A stretch of DNA of 64,000 bases from Octopus bimaculoides (taxonomy: Eukaryota): the NCBI RefSeq assembly GCF_001194135.2, contig NC_068983.1, positions 147,463,671 to 147,527,670 of the forward strand, given 5' to 3'. Within the stretch, counting starts at the first letter, position 1. Each line of letters begins with the position of its first letter. Below are positions 26,881 to 41,089 of the stretch, one piece after another. The translations under genes and the position numbers were made by a program. Under the pieces are notes generated by a model that worked only from the letters and a program-made list of their open reading frames with translations, was not told where the DNA came from and made no database searches.

Positions 26881-28015
26881 TCAGTAGTTTNNNNNNNNNN
26901 NNNNNNNNNNNNNNNNNNNNNNNNNNNNNNNNNNNNNNNNNNNNNNNNNNNNNNNNNNNNNNNNNNNNNNNNNNNNNNNNNNNNNNNNNNNNNNNNNNNN
27001 NNNNNNNNNNNNNNNNNNNNNNNNNNNNNNNNNNNNNNNNNNNNNNNNNNNNNNNNNNNNNNNNNNNNNNNNNNNNNNNNNNNNNNNNNNNNNNNNNNNN
27101 NNNNNNNNNNNNNNNNNNNNNNNNNNNNNNNNNNNNNNNNNNNNNNNNNNNNNNNNNNNNNNNNNNNNNNNNNNNNNNNNNNNNNNNNNNNNNNNNNNNN
27201 NNNNNNNNNNNNNNNNNNNNNNNNNNNNNNNNNNNNNNNNNNNNNNNNNNNNNNNNNNNNNNNNNNNNNNNNNNNNNNNNNNNNNNNNNNNNNNNNNNNN
27301 NNNNNNNNNNNNNNNNNNNNNNNNNNNNNNNNNNNNNNNNNNNNNNNNNNNNNNNNNNNNNNNNNNNNNNNNNNNNNNNNNNNNNNNNNNNNNNNNNNNN
27401 NNNNNNNNNNNNNNNNNNNNNNNNNNNNNNNNNNNNNNNNNNNNNNNNNNNNNNNNNNNNNNNNNNNNNNNNNNNNNNNNNNNNNNNNNNNNNNNNNNNN
27501 NNNNNNNNNNNNNNNNNNNNNNNNNNNNNNNNNNNNNNNNNNNNNNNNNNNNNNNNNNNNNNNNNNNNNNNNNNNNNNNNNNNNNNNNNNNNNNNNNNNN
27601 NNNNNNNNNNNNNNNNNNNNNNNNNNNNNNNNNNNNNNNNNNNNNNNNNNNNNNGAGTCCTGAGCTTCTCAACCATTGCTGGGATTTTTCTCTGTCTATT
27701 TCTTTTGCATTTAGTTTAGCCCAGTATTTACCATGTAGGGGCTTTTCTTGCCATCGTTTTATCATGGTCCTTTGCTGTTCTAGTTTTAGTTTGGATTTCA
27801 TTTGTTTTATAGCTTTTGTCGTTTCTTCTTTTTCTTCTTCGTATTTGTTTGGTAGTATGATTTCTTGTTTGTATTTGTCAGCTTCCTTAAATGCTGAAAA
27901 CAGTTTTTTGTTTTGCCCGTGTTTTGTGGCTATTTGTATTAGTTTTCCTTGCTTCTGGAGTAGGTATTTTGCAGTCCTATGGTGGTAATTTTATAATAGT
28001 TTTCCAGCTGTATAT
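26881..28015 (-). mobile_element. R4/Dong-type retrotransposon, 5'-truncated, mostly hidden in the gap
   Basis: 27655-28015 encodes MIKRWQEKPLHGKYWAKLNAKEIDREKSQQWLRSSGL, the linker before the zinc knuckle. On the minus strand (TAA)n lies on both sides (28022-28085 and 26866-26880), with an N gap between. Confidence 0.8.
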
Positions 28016-28021
28016 GACCCC

Positions 28022-28087
<66 letters not shown>

Positions 28088-28097
28088 CATCATCATC

Positions 28098-28270
28098 AAG
28101 GCAGCAAGCTGGCAAAATGCTTAGAGTTCTGAGTTCAAATTCCTCCGTGGCCGACTTTGCTTTTCATCCTTTCGGGGTCGATGAAATAAGTACCAGTTAC
28201 GCACTGGGGTCAATGTAATCAACTAGATCATTCCCCCAAAATTTCAGGCCTTGTGCCTATAGTAGAAAGG
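28098..28270 (+). mobile_element. tRNA-derived SINE with Meta-like domain and (ATT)n tail
   Basis: AAGGCAGCAAGCTGGCAAAAT head, GTTCTGAGTTCAAATTCC B-box, GACTTTGCTTTTCATCCTTTCGGGGTCGATGAAATAAGTACCAG centre, and ...GTAGAAAGG followed by (ATT)n. Confidence 0.85.
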
Positions 28271-28352
<82 letters not shown>

Positions 28353-28354
<2 letters not shown>

Positions 28355-28845
28355 TACTTTTAATCTGCATGTTTGTTACAATCACTTGCCGAGATATACC
28401 CAGCAACCTTGGGTGAGTGAAGGAAAGAGATGTTGCAGTTTGACTGAACGCTTAGAGAGGGGAAGTTGCAGGGGCAGTGGCGAAATATCTTCATGTGATA
28501 CAACACAGTCATTCAAATTAATAAGGTTTTCTTAAGAATGTGGGCAGTACTTGTCAGCACAATCGTTTGGAATTCTCTGAGACATGATTCCCCTGGGATA
28601 TTACCCTAGATGTTTCTGATATACCTTTTTTATCATGCCTAGGGTACCCACAACAATGGGAACAGTTCTCGCTTTAAGATGTCAAACACTGCTCGAATAC
28701 AACACGAACTCCTCAAGAAAGCAGGCGCACTTGACAGAGGAGACCTCTGATTAAAAAGCCTGCCAGCCGTGTGTTTTGGTCTTTCTTTCAGCCACTGTCC
28801 ATCTAGGACTTTGTTATCTAATCTTCCGTTTACCTAGTCAGGCAA
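28353..28845 (-). mobile_element. R4/Dong-type retrotransposon 3' end, tail-to-tail with the SINE
   Basis: Minus-strand LKARTVPIVVGTLGMIKK...IQTIVLTSTAHILRKTL (RLE C-terminus, one frameshift), then a short 3' UTR running into (TAA)n at 28271-28352. Confidence 0.8.
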
Positions 28846-30514
28846 TAGGGTAAGATTTGCTACACTTAATTGCAAATCGAGTGAATTCGTAGTGATAACT
28901 CTCGCTAACTTCAGATTTTGCTTTTCAATAACGCTTGACCGAAATCAAGGTTCATAATCAAAATCATTATTTATGAAAGTAGTTACGTTTGGCTATTTCA
29001 TTCTAATAATTTTAAGAAAACACGCTTTGCTCATGTTCTAGAAGCGGTTTTTAAACATTTTATTGTATTTACTCGGAGTTGAATGAGACATATTTAGATT
29101 TTAAGCCCTACTTTTGTGCTCGTTCTGTTTGCATTGTATTCATTTATAATCGGGCAAATAAGAGGACCTATATATATACATGGTCGATCTACCTATTAAA
29201 AACGATAACTATATCTCCTTGCAAATCACAACCTACTTTCTTACGAAAGGAAGGGAAAGAGAGGGAATATCATGTCTGAAACGCTCTTCCTGCATGCAAA
29301 TATCCACACACCCATCCATCCATCCATCCATCCATCAACTCATATGCGTGTGTGTGTGCGCGCGCAGGCGCAGAGACACGCAGGCGCGCGTGTGTGTGTA
29401 ATGTATGCATCATTTTGCCAGCGTTTGCTATATTTGAGTGCCCAACTCTGTCAAAAATGTGATAGGAAATTAGGCAAGAGAAACATTAAGTTACATTTAA
29501 CGACAGCATGTTTAATGAACAATTTAGTCATTATACACGCCTTCATTTTTATGTATTATGCCAACGAAATGTCACCCTGGTAGATTTCCAACAGTTTCCA
29601 TATAGATGTGTATTGCTGTACATCGAAATTACAGCAGGTAGAGAGAAGTGAGGGCAATTGATTTGAAGTGACTCACCTGTAAAATCGAACCTGTATTTTA
29701 TTTGTAGCTTGCTATCAATTTACAGCTCCAGCAAGCTTATCAATGAAACTAACTGAAGCAATTGAGAAAGAGGTAAAGCGTCATTTACCAAGTCAAGACG
29801 CAATATGATTGCAATTCCTGATCGAGATTACTTTACTTCACTTACATGAGTTATATCTTTGCCAAATGTACAAGGATCACATTTCATTTTCCTTGCTTTT
29901 ATTCATTCATTACCTTGCGCTTATATCAGGAATACTAGTTTGTTAATAATTTGACTTGGGGCTGGATTAGTCATAAAGACATCGAATGAGCTATCCGTGG
30001 AGGTGGTCGTTATTCGCATCCACCACGAGGATAATAACAATATTTCACTTTCAAGGGCCTACAGACTGGCAGCAATAAATAATGTCATCGCAAGATTACG
30101 GTCCACTGATCCCAAACAACGGTATAGGTGTCCCATAATTCAAAAGATACTGTGTTGTTAACTGGAAGAAACTTGAGTTGTTGAGATTCTTATAACGGTG
30201 GAATTTCTCTTTCAATTGCAAGGCACTTGGCAATATAGTATAACGGATAATGCACCAGTCTGACATGGGACCAAGTCTGCAGAATCTATTTAAACAGTTA
30301 GAACACCTAATATAATAAAATGACTTCGAGGAAGCATTGACAGGATCTTCAAAGTCCTGACGTAGAACGGCAGAAAAAATAATCTCATCTATCAGATATT
30401 CTTTTAACTCAATTTTCCGCAAAGTCACAAAAGGGTTACGACGATTATAATAAGATATAACATTTTCGTAGTTGATATTTAAAATGTATCAACTGATATT
30501 TTATGAATATTAGT

Positions 30515-31700
<1,186 letters not shown>

Positions 31701-32094
31701 GAGATTCATCGTCACAGGTAATTTTGATATCATACGCACCAGTGCATAGGGCGTGTGAATACACGATAAACAGAAGAATTGTCATAAAAAAACAATAGAC
31801 TAGACTGCTTACATCAAAAGGTTAGCATCAGTCATTTATGAATGTGCAGGGGAGAGCTGGGGGTGGATGGAATAATCGTGTGAGGAAGAAATATAAAATA
31901 GTGAACTTATGTGAAAAAAATATAACAAAATGTAACAAACGACAGTTTTGTTATTTCTAGACAATACATGAAACACACATACATACATACGTACTTACAT
32001 ACAAGCATGCATCACATGCGTGTGTGTGCGTGCGTAGCTTTGTTTTCTTTTATCTTTTACTAGCTTTAGCCAAGGCCGGCCATGCTGGGGCACC

Positions 32095-32137
<43 letters not shown>

Positions 32138-34103
32138 ATACATATATATATATACACACACACATATACATACATGCATACGTACACATATACGTATGCA
32201 TATATATATATANNNNNNNNNNNNNNNNNNNNNNNNNNNNNNNNNNNNNNNNNNNNNNNNNNNNNNNNNNNNNNNNNNNNNNNNNNNNNNNNNNNNNNNN
32301 NNNNNNNNNNNNNNNNNNNNNNNNNNNNNNNNNNNNNNNNNNNNNNNNNNNNNNNNNNNNNNNNNNNNNNNNNNNNNNNNNNNNNNNNNNNNNNNNNNNN
32401 NNNNNNNNNNNNNNNNNNNNNNNNNNNNNNNNNNNNNNNNNNNNNNNNNNNNNNNNNNNNNNNNNNNNNNNNNNNNNNNNNNNNNNNNNNNNNNNNNNNN
32501 NNNNNNNNNNNNNNNNNNNNNNNNNNNNNNNNNNNNNNNNNNNNNNNNNNNNNNNNNNNNNNNNNNNNNNNNNNNNNNNNNNNNNNNNNNNNNNNNNNNN
32601 NNNNNNNNNNNNNNNNNNNNNNNNNNNNNNNNNNNNNNNNNNNNNNNNNNNNNNNNNNNNNNNNNNNNNNNNNNNNNNNNNNNNNNNNNNNNNNNNNNNN
32701 NNNNNNNNNNNNNNNNNNNNNNNNNNNNNNNNNNNNNNNNNNNNNNNNNNNNNNNNNNNNNNNNNNNNNNNNNNNNNNNNNNNNNNNNNNNNNNNNNNNN
32801 NNNNNNNNNNNNNNNNNNNNNNNNNNNNNNNNNNNNNNNNNNNNNNNNNNNNNNNNNNNNNNNNNNNNNNNNNNNNNNNNNNNNNNNNNNNNNNNNNNNN
32901 NNNNNNNNNNNNNNNNNNNNNNNNNNNNNNNNNNNNNNNNNNNNNNNNNNNNNNNNNNNNNNNNNNNNNNNNNNNNNNNNNNNNNNNNNNNNNNNNNNNN
33001 NNNNNNNNNNNNNNNNNNNNNNNNNNNNNNNNNNNNNNNNNNNNNNNNNNNNNNNNNNNNNNNNNNNNNNNNNNNNNNNNNNNNNNNNNNNNNNNNNNNN
33101 NNNNNNNNNNNNNNNNNNNNNNNNNNNNNNNNNNNNNNNNNNNNNNNNNNNNNNNNNNNNNNNNNNNNNNNNNNNNNNNNNNNNNNNNNNNNNNNNNNNN
33201 TATATATGCATACATATATAAAGTAGCGGGAGCCATGAGATTTATGTTTTAAAACTGTGGAAGCGTGATGCAGATACACACACACACACTTACACACACA
33301 CACACACACATACACACACACACACACTTTTACTCCCTCTCCCTCTCTCTCACTCACAATCTCTCACTCATACCCACTCTCTCTCTCGCACACATACGGA
33401 CTCACACACATGCATATATACACACACCCATACACTCACATAGACACACATACACACTCATATGTATATAGTGGCACATACAGCAAGATAGTGGGGGCTG
33501 TGAGAGTGATAGAGGTAACAGGGAGGGAAAAGAGGTAAGAAGGTGAGGTCGTCAGTGTGACAAATGATGGAGGAAGAGATGTATACACATCATCAATCAT
33601 GTCCCTAAACATAAGTGGGCGAAAGAGATTGAGAAAGAGAAAGATTAATAGATGGATGACAGTAGAGAGAGAAAGAGAGAAAGAGAGAGAGAGAATAATG
33701 GGTATTGTAACATTTGCATATATTTGTCTCCATTTTCCCATTATTTCTCCCATTATAAATTCAACCGTGGAAAGAGTTATTCTATGGAACATCCTTCATT
33801 CTTTTACCGGAAGTGATCCAGTGTACAGCGGAAACCAAGGTCAGTTATATAAAATTACATAAAAAAACTGCACCAGCATCGCCGTTTTCACTACGACCGC
33901 TTGACTATAACCGTCGCAAACACCAAAGACATTTCCATGACACATTTCCACAACTAACACACCATCGCTAACATATTTCCACGACCACTAAACTTTATCT
34001 ATACAAATATCACTGTCTTGTACAACGGCACTACACTGTTGCCTATACAAATAAAAACTCACTCATTTCCACGACCACTATACCATTACCTATACAAACA
34101 TGT

Positions 34104-34425
34104 GTGAAGGCGCATGGCTCGGTGGTTAGAGCAATGGGTTTACAATCATGAGCTTGAGAGTTCGATTACCGGACCGGGCTGTGTGTTGTGCTCTTGGGCA
34201 TGACACTTTATTTCACGCTGCTGCAGTTCACTCAGCTGCAGAAATGAGTTGCGACGTCACTGATGCCAAGCTGTATCGGTCTTTGCCTTTCCCTCGGACA
34301 ACATCGGTGGCGTGGAGAGGGGAGGCTAGTATGCATGGGCGACTGCTGGTCTTTCACGAACGACTTTACTCGGAAGGAAACTTTCTGGGTGCAATTTCAT
34401 GATCATTCGTGACCGAAGGGCTCTT
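34104..34425 (+). mobile_element. Full-length tRNA SINE with CORE-like domain and 13-bp target-site duplication
   Basis: A-box TGGCTCGGTGG, B-box AGTTCGATTACC, CORE-like CTTGGGCATGACACTTTATTTC...CAGCTGCAGAAATGAG. It is flanked by identical TATACAAACATGT at 34091-34103 and 34426-34438. Confidence 0.92.
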
Positions 34426-34449
34426 TATACAAACATGTACACCTTTACA

Positions 34450-35600
34450 ATTTTTCATTCCTTTATAAGCATTACCGAACTCTACTGTGACTTAGTTCTG
34501 CACACTCAACAAAATCATTATAGCCATTATCACCATTAGAAAAATTAATCTCTATCATTACCATTTTACCAACATTGCCACTACCAACATCAACATTGCT
34601 AAACACGATTCGATGAGGCGGTCCATTACATGATCGCCTAGAAATCTCATCCAACCGTCAAAAAATCGTAAAATCTCATCCAACTGTCATAAAGTGAAGG
34701 AGATATGTATATCCAACCTCGACTACATTATAGATTAACGAAATACTTGTCATCTCGACTTAAATACCTTTGATCATAGGTTTGTTCAACCAGAGCAGTC
34801 CCGGGGAAAAATAATATAACAATGCATTACGAAACAAAAACAAAACTACTGCTTATGTCATTTTGAAGTTGAACAGCTAGATCCAATACCAAACTGAAAC
34901 AGCAACCTGCTCCCCATTACTTTTGATATCAACATTCTTTTAGCAGAAACAATCTTATCTAAGTTATCACATCACTACCGTCTCTATTAACACAACTATG
35001 ACCATTCATCACCAGAAACAACCTATATACACCTCTTTTGAACTTGAATCTATATCATAGATCTATAAAACAAATACACAGCTTTATGTGCTGATATCAT
35101 CAATCATGTGTTGTAGTGTTCCGAGAATGCAGCTGCACAACTATTTCTGTCTTTCATGAACCATCTAAAAAATTTGTCCTCTAACAACCGGACGGAAATT
35201 AGCATCTACCAAATCTACAACTCTCTCTTTACAAAGCAACACAGAGGAACATCAAATGCAAGCGACCATCACACTCAACAACATAAATATACATTAGACA
35301 CAAAGCAAAATATATTATTTACGATTACTCTACAATATTTACATAACACATAGAAACCATAGAACTAAAAGCAAAACTATACTTTGGAGTCCTCTCAAAG
35401 CTTGCCCTACTCTTATCTGCATTCTTTTCATAACAAACATATAAAGAATAAAAGTACTGAAACATAAAAAACCGATTGATGCACAGTTATTATTGCAGAA
35501 ATCTCCAGCCCAATCATTACTTAAATTATCCCATCATGAAAGCACAGCTACACCCTATAAATATTGTAAAACACCCCCACTAGAAGAAAAACTATCGATT
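34450..35600 (+). mobile_element. Possible very old LINE RT relic
   Basis: C/A-rich sequence with faint echoes of RT motifs (YRPISL-, LDLxxFD- and GVPQG-like). Too decayed to be certain. Confidence 0.25.
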
Positions 35601-36834
35601 GCCACCAATCCAGGCACACACAGGCGTGCGCAAAAATAGTAACAGCTTCAATGAACTGACTTTCCTCAGACACTATGTTGGGATGCACTTCTTCAATGGT
35701 AAGCGGAGGTATAACAACTGTTGTGTACTAAGCGAGCCTACCTGGTTCATTTCTGCTATGGTCAACACCAGTATAACAGAACGGATATTGAATAATAAAG
35801 CTACATGTCCAATCTGTTGCGTTGCATCTCGAAGAGAATGGATCAACAAGTAACCCTGAATCATTCGACTGATGGCTTCATGTCATATATTTACTTGATC
35901 AGAGCTGACCTGGATCCAAATGGCAATATCAGCAACATCATCATATACTTTAGTAACTGCTCTTTCATGCTACCATCATAAAACCAGTGTATTATTACCA
36001 AAACCTTGATAATGACAACCACCAACATCACTATCCCTACTACTATCATCGACTACTGAAAATACAACAATTGTGTCCCTCACTGTAGCCAAACCCACAG
36101 CAAGAACAATCAAACATAATCAGCCAACTAGAACTTTTCTCAGAATGACAAGGTCAATGACCAAACTAGCAATTAACAACAATAGCTTAAACCCATTGAG
36201 AGCAATCCATGCCTCCATTCCTCAAATTCTCTTACAAATCCTTCCACAAAAAATTTAGAAACATCTTATTACTGGTTTTAAGCTATCTTGAAAAATAGAG
36301 GCACAACAGAAATTAAACCACATTGGAATGAAATGAGTCAAGTATTTCGTTTCATTCTTATACGTTCCGAGTTCAAATCCCATTGGTTTGAAGACTACTT
36401 TTATCAGTTTGGCCTTCATAAAAATTCAAATTTAAGTCTTTCATTTGCATTAACTGAACAGAGATTTTTGTGTATCAAGAACGTGATTCAATGTTTCCTA
36501 CGTTCCTTAAGATATTAAAGTGCCAGTTGAGGAAATTTGGCGCCTAATAAAGCAGACTGAGTGAGCAGGTAAAGACTCTTTGTTGGATCGTGAGTAGTAG
36601 TTAAATAGAAATGGGATACCCAAATAAGTTTGTAATAATGTGATGCACACACACGCACATACACACACACAAACACACACACATAAATATATGTGGGTAC
36701 GTGTGTAAAACTTATGCATACACAATTATATATATATATATATCAAATAATAAGCAACACGGATTTCAAAAGTGATTGCAGTACGCACGTTTCATGCTAC
36801 TTCAATTTATTTAAGTAATGTGAGCATTACCTTA

Positions 36835-36935
36835 AATGCAATATGAAGAGCAATCTTCAGCTGCACGAAAATGCAGAAAAAATGCAGAAAAAAATGCATT
36901 TTCGTGCAGCTGAAGATTGCTCTTCATATTGCATT
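36835..36935. repeat. Perfect 41-bp inverted repeat abutting an N gap
   Basis: AATGCAATATGAAGAGCAATCTTCAGCTGCACGAAAATGCA (36835-36875) is the exact reverse complement of 36895-36935. Confidence 0.95.
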
Positions 36936-37651
36936 NNNNNNNNNNNNNNNNNNNNNNNNNNNNNNNNNNNNNNNNNNNNNNNNNNNNNNNNNNNNNNNNN
37001 NNNNNNNNNNNNNNNNNNNNNNNNNNNNNNNNNNNNNNNNNNNNNNNNNNNNNNNNNNNNNNNNNNNNNNNNNNNNNNNNNNNNNNNNNNNNNNNNNNNN
37101 NNNNNNNNNNNNNNNNNNNNNNNNNNNNNNNNNNNNNNNNNNNNNNNNNNNNNNNNNNNNNNNNNNNNNNNNNNNNNNNNNNNNNNNNNNNNNNNNNNNN
37201 NNNNNNNNNNNNNNNNNNNNNNNNNNNNNNNNNNNNNNNNNNNNNNNNNNNNNNNNNNNNNNNNNNNNNNNNNNNNNNNNNNNNNNNNNNNNNNNNNNNN
37301 NNNNNNNNNNNNNNNNNNNNNNNNNNNNNNNNNNNNNNNNNNNNNNNNNNNNNNNNNNNNNNNNNNNNNNNNNNNNNNNNNNNNNNNNNNNNNNNNNNNN
37401 NNNNNNNNNNNNNNNNNNNNNNNNNNNNNNNNNNNNNNNNNNNNNNNNNNNNNNNNNNNNNNNNNNNNNNNNNNNNNNNNNNNNNNNNNNNNNNNNNNNN
37501 NNNNNNNNNNNNNNNNNNNNNNNNNNNNNNNNNNNNNNNNNNNNNNNNNNNNNNNNNNNNNNNNNNNNNNNNNNNNNNNNNNNNNNNNNNNNNNNNNNNN
37601 NNNNNNNNNNNNNNNNNNNNNNNNNNNNNNNNNNNNNNNNNNNNNNNNNNN

Positions 37652-37685
<34 letters not shown>

Positions 37686-38171
37686 CATATGATGATATCT
37701 CCACAGTGTATTGATGGAATAAACATGTAATCGCTACCAAAATAACAAGAGATTTCTCCAAAGGTCTAAAGTAGACTCCTTATGGATCGATCTCCTTGGT
37801 TATATATCAAAAATTTATATGAGAGTTTTGACGCTAGTATCCATTATTATTGAAGTTTATTACCTATGTCAACATTTCTGTATAAGGCTATATTAAACTG
37901 TCAAATTCAAGTTAAATAAATAAATTACCTTACACATCTTCAGGGTAAAAGGTACATACAACAACAATATCACAGTAAAATTTGCTTGAGTTATTGCCTA
38001 TTCAAATTTTTTCCTTAGCTGCAATATTTTAAGTAAAAAGTTTCTTGTTCTGTACTTTACCAGATGTAATAAGTTGTCCTCAAGTTTTTCAAGTGTAATA
38101 ACTTGTCCTGCAATTTTCCAGGTTTATAATCTTAAGAAATATTCTTTCTCTTGCTCGCATTTTTCCATGTA

Positions 38172-38208
<37 letters not shown>

Positions 38209-38219
38209 CTAAAACAACA

Positions 38220-38920
38220 GCTCTGTTTCATGTATTGTGGATGTGATATATCTCGACTTTGCCAAGCCTTCGATAAAGTTAGTTATAGAATGATATGCTC
38301 TTAACTGTGTGACTTGGGCATTATTGGAAATAATGTTTCGTATCATTTTAAAACATTGAAGTCAGTCAGTAGCAGCCATCGGCGCTCTCTTTTAGGAGAT
38401 ATCAATTCGTAGCAGAGTCCCTCAGGGAACTGTTCCGAGACAACTACTTTTTGCGGCGGCTGTCCCAGACATGCCTCCACATATACAATCAGCTTCTCTC
38501 ACCGGTGATAATGATGATGGTGCAAGCAGTCCAAAATGATCTTGATGGTAATGCAAAACTACAGAAAGGCTTGAATATAATATATACAAGCAGGTTGGGA
38601 AAATCAACTTGCAGTTCAATTCTAAAAAAGTTTTAAGCAGGTTAGAATCAGACACCACAGGACCAGGGGTTATTGAAAATCACAACCAGCGCCCGATCTG
38701 GGAAACCACAGGAGCGACGATACATCATTTCGTGTTCGGAATACTAAGATGGCAACAGTGTGCAGGAGACTGATTGACTCAATTCTGGGATCATTCTGAA
38801 TCAGTAAAAAATCGTGTTGGTCCTGTGGAGTATATGTTTTCAGTCGCCTGGACTAATGATCCCAATTATGCTCGTGAAATAGTGTCAATCTGCCAGCGAC
38901 GCTCAAGAGGTTCGACCATT
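38220..38920 (+). mobile_element. Decayed CR1/Jockey-group LINE reverse-transcriptase fragment
   Basis: VDVIYLDFAK(A)FDKV at about 38237-38280 with a 1-bp deletion; SRVPQGTVPRQLLF at about 38411-38452 (SGVPQG..GP.LF); LQKGLNIIY and QFNSKKF downstream. Confidence 0.8.
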
Positions 38921-39229
38921 AGTATTGTTGTAAAAAAATAAAGGCTAAATGTGTCTGATTCTTTTTTTTATTTTAGCAATTAACATCAACGGAGTTAGAA
39001 TGTCTAGTATTATATAATAGAGACACTTGTCGACTGTACGAAAAAAGGAGGTTTTTGATACTTTATCAACACCACTACCACTACCACCACGACCATCATC
39101 ATCATTAGCTGCAGCAGCAGCAGCAGCAGTAGCAGTACCAGTGGTAGTAGTGGTTATAATAGTAATAGTAAGATCCGAAGCATTCATGAAATGGTGCGGG
39201 TATTTAAATCCATCTACTCGCAGACGCAT

Positions 39230-39981
39230 CCATAATACATACATACATACAAACATACATACATTACATTCATCCATCCGTCCATCCATCAATACATCCA
39301 TACATACATACATACATACATACATACATACATACAAACATACATACATACTTACATACAAACATACATACATTACATTCATCCATCCGTCCATCCATCA
39401 ATACATACATACATACATACATACATACATACATACATACATACATACAAACATACGTATGTATGCATGTGCGTATATTTACGCCTTTATCTTTTTGCCC
39501 AATCAACTCTTTATTCCAGCATTCATTCATTCCTACATACATAGAAAGATACACACATACACATATACGTACATGCACACATACATATGGCGTAGATAAC
39601 CGCTTCTGCAGATAAATCTAGTTACAGGTATATTCTTCTACAGATCCAGCAATCCATCTATTGTTTAGCAATCCATGCATGTAAACATCCACCCGCTATT
39701 TGTTTGTCTATTCAGGCGTCCATTTATCTATCCATACCTGCAAGCATAAATCGTTATGACCCCACCCCTCCTCTATGGCTACTTGCGCCAGTTTAAATAA
39801 TTTTTCCATTAATCCATTCGACCGTCAATTGAACGCCTTCCAGTCTCCGTCCATTCATCCATCAACAATCCATCCATTAATTCATCCATCTTACTAACTG
39901 ACCAGCCAACCCACCGAGCGGCAAGCTAAAAAACTTACCTGCCAGCAAGTCAGCCAGCCAGACAGACACAGATAGACAGGC

Positions 39982-40016
<35 letters not shown>

Positions 40017-40060
40017 CGCGCGCGCGCACACAAGTAACAAGCAAGGTCTTGCAAAAGAGA
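39230..40060. repeat. Compound TACA/TCCA/GACA microsatellite region
   Basis: Visible tetranucleotide repeats. Confidence 0.9.
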
Positions 40061-40230
40061 CACGGAAAGGTGTATATAGAAAATTGTTGATGTAGAACGG
40101 GTCTGACTGTAAAAACATTGTTTCCGTATTATTGCATTTGGTTGGATACACAAATAGACAACATAAACAGGAAGTAATAAACGGAATTAAAAAAAAACAA
40201 GTACAAACAAATAGAACCTATATGTGTGTA

Positions 40231-40270
<40 letters not shown>

Positions 40271-40393
40271 CATATATATACATATGTGTGCATGTGTGTG
40301 CATGTGTGTGCACGTATATAGGTACGTACACGTACACTTTTATGTAAATGTAAATATGTATGTGTGTGTGCATATATGTATGTATGTATGTAC

Positions 40394-40440
<47 letters not shown>

Positions 40441-41089
40441 NNNNNNNNNNNNNNNNNNNNNNNNNNNNNNNNNNNNNNNNNNNNNNNNNNNNNNNNNNNN
40501 NNNNNNNNNNNNNNNNNNNNNNNNNNNNNNNNNNNNNNNNNNNNNNNNNNNNNNNNNNNNNNNNNNNNNNNNNNNNNNNNNNNNNNNNNNNNNNNNNNNN
40601 NNNNNNNNNNNNNNNNNNNNNNNNNNNNNNNNNNNNNNNNNNNNNNNNNNNNNNNNNNNNNNNNNNNNNNNNNNNNNNNNNNNNNNNNNNNNNNNNNNNN
40701 NNNNNNNNNNNNNNNNNNNNNNNNNNNNNNNNNNNNNNNNNNNNNNNNNNNNNNNNNNNNNNNNNNNNNNNNNNNNNNNNNNNNNNNNNNNNNNNNNNNN
40801 NNNNNNNNNNNNNNNNNNNNNNNNNNNNNNNNNNNNNNNNNNNNNNNNNNNNNNNNNNNNNNNNNNNNNNNNNNNNNNNNNNNNNNNNNNNNNNNNNNNN
40901 NNNNNNNNNNNNNNNNNNNNNNNNNNNNNNNNNNNNNNNNNNNNNNNNNNNNNNNNNNNNNNNNNNNNNNNNNNNNNNNNNNNNNNNNNNNNNNNNNNNN
41001 NNNNNNNNNNNNNNNNNNNNNNNNNNNNNNNNNNNNNNNNNNNNNNNNNNNNNNNNNNNNNNNNNNNNNNNNNNNNNNNNNNNNNNNNN

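Noticed and set aside
38945-39240. Minus-strand ORF with poly-Ala and YIILDIL as a possible Nkx2.2 exon 1
   Set aside because: It derives from degenerate trinucleotide repeats, lacks the FSVKDIL-type context and hits a stop with no evident donor. The match is probably chance.
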